A DNA stretch of 64,000 bases, taken from contig JAOZFT010000004.1 in assembly GCA_027492035.1 (NCBI GenBank), forward strand, positions 256,001-320,000. The letters run 5' to 3'. Under the pieces are notes generated by a model, which was not told the origin of the DNA, searched no databases, and was given only the letters and a program-made list of their open reading frames with translations. The DNA comes from Thermoproteota archaeon (lineage in GTDB: Archaea > Korarchaeota > JAOZGF01 > JAOZFZ01). Position numbers and translations under genes: made by a program. Below, in pieces: positions 57,518-64,000 of the stretch (the first letter of the stretch is position 1; the number at the start of each line of letters is the position of its first letter).

Positions 57518-58184
57518 TTAATTTATAAATTCTTCCAATTTCTTCTGTCCCTTCTTATTCCTGATTTTTTCTATTGTTTTCCATGTTTTTCTGATGTGTT
57601 TACCGAATGCTTCTCTGTTTTTTAAAGTTTTTTCTAAAAAATTAATTGTTGTTTTATCTGAAGGGTATCCTGAGCCTATCTCACCCATTTCTTCTTTTAT
57701 CTTCTCCATTAGTTCATCCCTGAAAACTTTTGCGATTATTGAAGCTGCTGCAACTACTAAATATTTCTGTTCTGCTTTGTTTTCTGAATGTATCACAACT
57801 TTCCCTTTAATTTCTTTGTTTAAGTATTTACTTATTTTTAAAGTGAATCTTTCTGTTTTTCTGTCAGGTGAATCAACGTAAACTTCATCTGGTTTTGTTT
57901 CGTTGATTATTTCAGCTATTTTTTTGGCTTCGAGCTCATTTAAATTTTTTCTTTTATCTATCTCCTGCGCTGTTACTTTTCTAAATGTGTAGTCACATTT
58001 TTTTATTATTTCTGTGAACAACTCCCTCCTCTTCTTGGCCGTTAATTTTTTGGAATCTTTCACCCCTATTTCCTGCAAAAAATTGATTTGTTTAGCGTTA
58101 ACCTTTACCCCGCAAATTATCATGGGTCCTAAGACAGGTCCTTTAGGCGGTTTATCCTCTACCTGCTTCATCCACTCCTAATAT
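57518..58184 (-). CDS. rnhB: Ribonuclease HII, spliced: complement join(57518..58142,58159..58184); start uncertain (GTG 58175 or ATA 58184)
   Basis: ILGVDEAGR|GPVLGPM restored after removing 16 nt; VKDSKKL, YVDS, VAAASIIAKV.RD, GSGYPSD, R.TW. Confidence 0.9.
58143..58158 (-). other. 16-nt BHB-type intron in rnhB pre-mRNA
   Basis: Minus strand AGGT-AG|A-GG(ATAAA)CC-GCCT-AA|A; cutting after the 2nd nt of each bulge gives in-frame GGT AGA GGA CCT. Confidence 0.82.
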
Positions 58185-58212
58185 TTTTTTTGAGTTTTTT
58201 CCTTCTCTTACT

Positions 58213-59319
58213 TTAAATCACCTTTTTAACATATTCTTCTGCATAATCGACTATTACCCTTTTATAACCCTTAAGTTTACGGTCAAGTTCAGGGTCGCCC
58301 GTATCTACATGGAAGAAAGGAGTTTCAATTACTTTGCTTTTTGTTGCAACTAAAATTATGTTTTTAATCCCCACCTTCTTTATAACTTCAGGGCTTATTT
58401 GCTGGTTTCCTCTTCCGAAAATGAACCCTTGCTTACCCAATGGACTAACCACAATTTTGGCCTTTTTATCGTTTATTATTTTCAACAGCTCCTTTTCGTT
58501 TAGATCTAACCCTATAACTCTCTTCTTGTACATTGCATCCACCCCTAAAAATGTTTTAGGTTGGTTAAGCATTTTTGTTATTGTTGAAACAGTTGATCCA
58601 GGCCCTAAAATATAAACTGAGTCGTTCATGTTGTCTATAACCCATTTAGCTATTGAGATTTTATTTTCTTCGTCGCTGGGAAGCAAAGTCTTGGAATTTT
58701 GTACTCGGCCCTTTACCACAGGCACCTTTAAGTAACCCTTGATTTCAAGAACTAAACGGTCTTCTCGGAAAGCTTGTTCATTTACTTCTACAACCTCCCT
58801 CTCTTCAAACTCAGTTTTTCCATCCAGGAATTCACTGAATATTTTAAAGGCTGAATCAATGTTTAGAGCAAAAACCCCACTGTACATTTTCACTCCTGAA
58901 GGAACCCCTATCACGGGGACTTTTGCATCTACTGTTTCACATAGATCCACAGCGGTTCCATCCCCCCCGAAAAAAATAATTAATTCAACTTTTTCTTTTA
59001 ACATTTGTTCAGCTATTTTTTTTGTGTCTTCTCTGGTTGTTTTTTCTTTCCTTAAACCTAAGGGCTTTATTTCAATATTTACTTTCTTCGCTTCTTCTTC
59101 ACCCATATTTCCAGCTCCTGTTAACAATTCAAACTCTTCCTTTCTGTTTTTTATTTTTTCAAGGAACTTCACTGCTTTACTTGGTGTTACTGGTTTTGCT
59201 CCGAGTTTTAAAGCTTTTTTCAGGGTTTCTTCTCCATCAGTGCCCTTTAACCCAACTCTCCCCCCCATGCCGGCAATCGGGTTCACAATTAACCCCACTT
59301 TCCTTTTCATTTTTTTCAA
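58213..59319 (-). CDS. ATP-NAD kinase / AcoX-like family protein (COG3199-like)
   Basis: NPIAGMGG.VGLKGTDG, GGDGTA, P.GVKMYS, GPGST, QGF..GRGNQQ, VDTGD. Confidence 0.9.
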   Translation of the reverse strand: MKKMKRKVGLIVNPIAGMGGRVGLKGTDGEETLKKALKLGAKPVTPSKAVKFLEKIKNRKEEFELLTGAGNMGEEEAKKVNIEIKPLGLRKEKTTREDTKKIAEQMLKEKVELIIFFGGDGTAVDLCETVDAKVPVIGVPSGVKMYSGVFALNIDSAFKIFSEFLDGKTEFEEREVVEVNEQAFREDRLVLEIKGYLKVPVVKGRVQNSKTLLPSDEENKISIAKWVIDNMNDSVYILGPGSTVSTITKMLNQPKTFLGVDAMYKKRVIGLDLNEKELLKIINDKKAKIVVSPLGKQGFIFGRGNQQISPEVIKKVGIKNIILVATKSKVIETPFFHVDTGDPELDRKLKGYKRVIVDYAEEYVKKVI

Positions 59320-59321
59320 CT

Positions 59322-59723
59322 CTACTCTTCAAACCAAAGAGAGGGAGATTGTTCATCTACATCTATACTTACCCACTTCTTTCCACTTTGTAAATCTGTT
59401 TCCACAGTAATCCTTATTATGGCTGATGAGTTGTGTTTAAAGGAGTAAACTTCAAACACTTTTCCTCTTAAAATTTTAAACTCTGGCTTTCCCATGTCAA
59501 GTATTTCTCCTGTGCTCAAAGTCAATTCAATTATTTCCCCCTCTGGACCTACATTGCTCTTTAAGGCCTTTTTGATTGCAGAAATTATTTTTTCGTATTT
59601 TTCCTTTTCATAAACAAGATTTGTGGATGAAATGATTAAGTTTCCTTTCTTTTTTGATTTCAGCTCTATTTCCTCTTTCCTTAATGCTTCCTTAACCTGG
59701 TAAGTAATGGATTCGTGGTGCAT
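59322..59723 (-). CDS. Hypothetical protein
   Basis: 133-aa ORF ending 2 nt before the next gene, typical composition, no recognised motif. Confidence 0.65.
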   Translation of the reverse strand: MHHESITYQVKEALRKEEIELKSKKKGNLIISSTNLVYEKEKYEKIISAIKKALKSNVGPEGEIIELTLSTGEILDMGKPEFKILRGKVFEVYSFKHNSSAIIRITVETDLQSGKKWVSIDVDEQSPSLWFEE

Positions 59724-59869
59724 CTGCGGCTTCCTCTCCCTTAAAGGTTTTCTTTGAAAAATTTTTTAGGATGAAATGATTAAGTTTAAAATTAAGGTAA
59801 ACGTTAAATTTTAAAAGGGCTTGCTTTGGAATATATATAGGTTTTCTCTGTGAAGAATAAGCCTCAACT

Positions 59870-59942
59870 AGCCCCGTGGTGTAGCGGTCAAGCATGACGG
59901 ACTTTGGATCCGTCGACCTCGGTTCGAATCCGAGCGGGGCTA
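59870..59942 (+). tRNA. tRNA-Gln(TTG)
   Basis: A1-U72, ACGGA-CTTTGGA-TCCGT. Confidence 0.95.
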
Positions 59943-59947
59943 TAAAA

Positions 59948-60068
59948 GGGCCCGTGGCTTAGCCTGGCTGGAGCGCTTGCCTTATAACGACGTTTATCGT
60001 CTTTTGAAGGCGGCGTTTTCCTTTCATGAGAAAGCAAGAGGTCGCGGGTTCGAATCCCGCCGGGCCCA
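59948..60068 (+). tRNA. tRNA-Ile(TAT) with 46-nt intron at 37/38 (59987-60032)
   Basis: Ile-type GGGCCCG acceptor and A73; CTTGC-CT TAT A|A-GCAAG; BHB CTTA/TGAG with bulges TAA, AAA. Confidence 0.88.
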
Positions 60069-60163
60069 TATGTTTCTTTACTTTCCTGAGGAATATGTTT
60101 CCAAGGAAAAGTTTAAATATTTCTTTGTGGAATTTAGAAGTAATTTTTGGGTTGTTAACATGC

Positions 60164-60238
60164 AGCGGGGTGGGGAAGTCAGGTTATCCCGCGGGGCTCA
60201 TAACCCCGAGGTCGGTGGTTCAAATCCACCCCCCGCTA
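60164..60238 (+). tRNA. Initiator tRNA-Met(CAT)
   Basis: A1-U72 and consecutive G-C pairs in the anticodon stem CGGGG-CTCATAA-CCCCG. Confidence 0.95.
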
Positions 60239-60269
60239 TGTTTTTACTGTTTTTGAGAAAAGGGTTGGG

Positions 60270-61055
60270 TTGATGCGTAAGCTTAACGGGTTCTTTTTTA
60301 CTTGGTTTTTTAAACCTAAACCTGTCCATCCCATTCTTGTTGAGGGGTTGCCTGGTATAGGTTTGGTTGGTAAAATTTCTGCTGATTACTTAATAAACAC
60401 TTACGATGCTGAAAAATTTTTGGAGATACATTCTCAGCACTTTGTTGAACCTGGATACGTTGATGAGTCTTCAGGAGTAAGTAAATTGCCTGTTAATGAA
60501 CTCTTCCTTTTGAAGGGTGAAAAAATAGGGATTGACAGGGACTTCTTTGTTCTTACAGGCGATTGTCAACCTTCCATAAGGGATACTTATGGACATTTTG
60601 TTTTGTCTTATACTTTAGTTAAGCTCTTAAGTGACTTTTCAGGGGATTTGGTTATAACTTTGGGAGGTTTGCAAACTCAATCAATAACTATTCCTCCTTT
60701 AGTGTATGTAAGCACATCTGACAGTTCAGTTTTCTCTCTTTTCAACTTTAAAAAAGCTAATTGTCTCGTTAGTAACTTCGGCAGAATCTACGGAGCAGCT
60801 GGTTTACTTTTGGCTTTCGCTAAAATTTTCGATTTGAAGGGGGTTTCTCTCTTGGGGACAACTCCTGGGAACTTACCTGATTACTACGCAGCCTACACAG
60901 TCCTTGTTTCATTTTCAAAACTTTTTAATTTGTCCTTGGATTTTTCCACTATTCAAGAGATGACTGAGAAAACCAAAAAAATACTTACTTCTTTCAGGGA
61001 AGAATTTAGGAAAAAGAAGGAGGAAAAGAAACCTAAAGGAACAGGGTACATGTAA
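60270..61055 (+). CDS. PAC2-family proteasome assembly chaperone (PbaA/PbaB-like)
   Basis: LVEGLPGIGLVGKI..DYL, TGD.Q, TLGG, G.I.GA.GLLL, C-terminal GYM (HbYX-like). Confidence 0.88.
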   Translation: MMRKLNGFFFTWFFKPKPVHPILVEGLPGIGLVGKISADYLINTYDAEKFLEIHSQHFVEPGYVDESSGVSKLPVNELFLLKGEKIGIDRDFFVLTGDCQPSIRDTYGHFVLSYTLVKLLSDFSGDLVITLGGLQTQSITIPPLVYVSTSDSSVFSLFNFKKANCLVSNFGRIYGAAGLLLAFAKIFDLKGVSLLGTTPGNLPDYYAAYTVLVSFSKLFNLSLDFSTIQEMTEKTKKILTSFREEFRKKKEEKKPKGTGYM

Positions 61056-61093
61056 TTCTTTTAGGGAGGAGGGCTTAACTGAAAAATTTTTGT

Positions 61094-61327
61094 TTAAATG
61101 GAGTGGATGGTTATTAAAGTTTGGGTGCTTCTTATTCCTTCTATGGCCCTAACTCTCTCAACCACGTTTTTAAGGGACCCCTTCTCTTCAGTATTTACTT
61201 CAAGCACTATGTCATACATGCCCGTTACTAAATGGGCTACCTTCACTCCCTCTATTTTCCTGGATTCCTTAAGAATGTAATCTTCCCTTCCAGGTTCAAC
61301 CTCTAAAAGCATGAAAGCCTTATACAT
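61094..61327 (-). CDS. Stand-alone Lrp/AsnC ligand-binding (RAM) domain protein
   Basis: AF.L..V.PG.E, V.G.YDI, I.GI.ST.TL. Confidence 0.88.
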   Translation of the reverse strand: MYKAFMLLEVEPGREDYILKESRKIEGVKVAHLVTGMYDIVLEVNTEEKGSLKNVVERVRAIEGIRSTQTLITIHSI

Positions 61328-61372
61328 TTTTGTTCTTCTCCCTCCTCCCCTTTTCTGTATCTTCTCTATTTC

Positions 61373-61664
61373 GCCAAGTTGGCTGTAATCCGCCTTCTAT
61401 TTATAGTTGGCATTCAACTGAGCGGATTGTTCCCTTCGCTGCAAGTCCTCATAAGGGCCTCCAATCCTTAGGCTTCAAGCACAGCCGTTTCACTAAATCT
61501 TACGGGGTCTTCTGGAAGTCCACTTCCTTCATCACCACCTCCCGTAAGGTATATCGTTTCTGTGCTGGAGGAGGTTTCTCAACCTGTGCCTTTCGGCACC
61601 TTGAACTTGCAGACGCCGGCGGATTTCTTCAGTGCATAGACCGTAAGCCAACCGCCAACTTGGC
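61373..61664 (-). ncRNA. rnpB: RNase P RNA (divergent) or RNase P-like RNA
   Basis: P1 GCCAAGTTGGC/GCCAACTTGGC; P4 AATCCGCC/GGCGGATT; conserved-region-like GAAGAAA, ACAGAAAC, TGAAAC, AGTTGAAT, ATAGAA..TTA; GNRA-capped P8 and P9 hairpins. Confidence 0.85.
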
Positions 61665-61696
61665 TTCCAAGCAAATGCTCCTTTACGCTAGGTTTA

Positions 61697-64000
<2,304 letters not shown>

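Noticed and set aside
60020-60030. CAT triplet in the tRNA-Ile intron as an alternative anticodon
   Set aside because: No BHB or anticodon-loop geometry places it at 34-36, whereas TAT has a complete BHB

Overview
AT-rich archaeal chromosome segment, almost entirely core genes. By inference it belongs to a Thermoproteota(TACK)/Asgard-type lineage, since it has RpoG/Rpb8, a Crenarchaeota-like 23S H69-H71 region, an intron-containing cbf5 and tRNA-Ile(UAU). It holds the L22-to-cbf5 ribosomal superoperon, an inverted S13-S4-S11 block, TBP/TFB/TFE, topoisomerase VI, glycine cleavage P/H proteins, mevalonate genes, AglB, 12 tRNA genes (9 introns in 7 of them) and the 3' ~2.3 kb of 23S rRNA. Main observations from reading the sequence: (1) two protein-coding genes are split by tiny bulge-helix-bulge (BHB) introns inside their catalytic motifs, the known-type cbf5 intron (23 nt) and an apparently new 16-nt intron in RNase HII (DEAG-R|GP); (2) an RNase P-like RNA lies directly behind the 23S 3' end, with no bulged U in P4 and no visible P15-17; (3) tRNA-Ile has the rare UAU anticodon; (4) a PspA (ESCRT-III superfamily) gene plus a membrane-anchored winged-helix gene sit where rpoD normally follows S11; (5) the 23S has several peptidyl-transferase-centre substitutions and an expanded H98/ES39; (6) an abrupt A-to-T strand-skew inversion falls in the middle of aglB. 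Two small decayed islands abut tRNA 3' ends. No CRISPR array or intact transposase was seen. All folds and motif matches were done by eye, with no database search.
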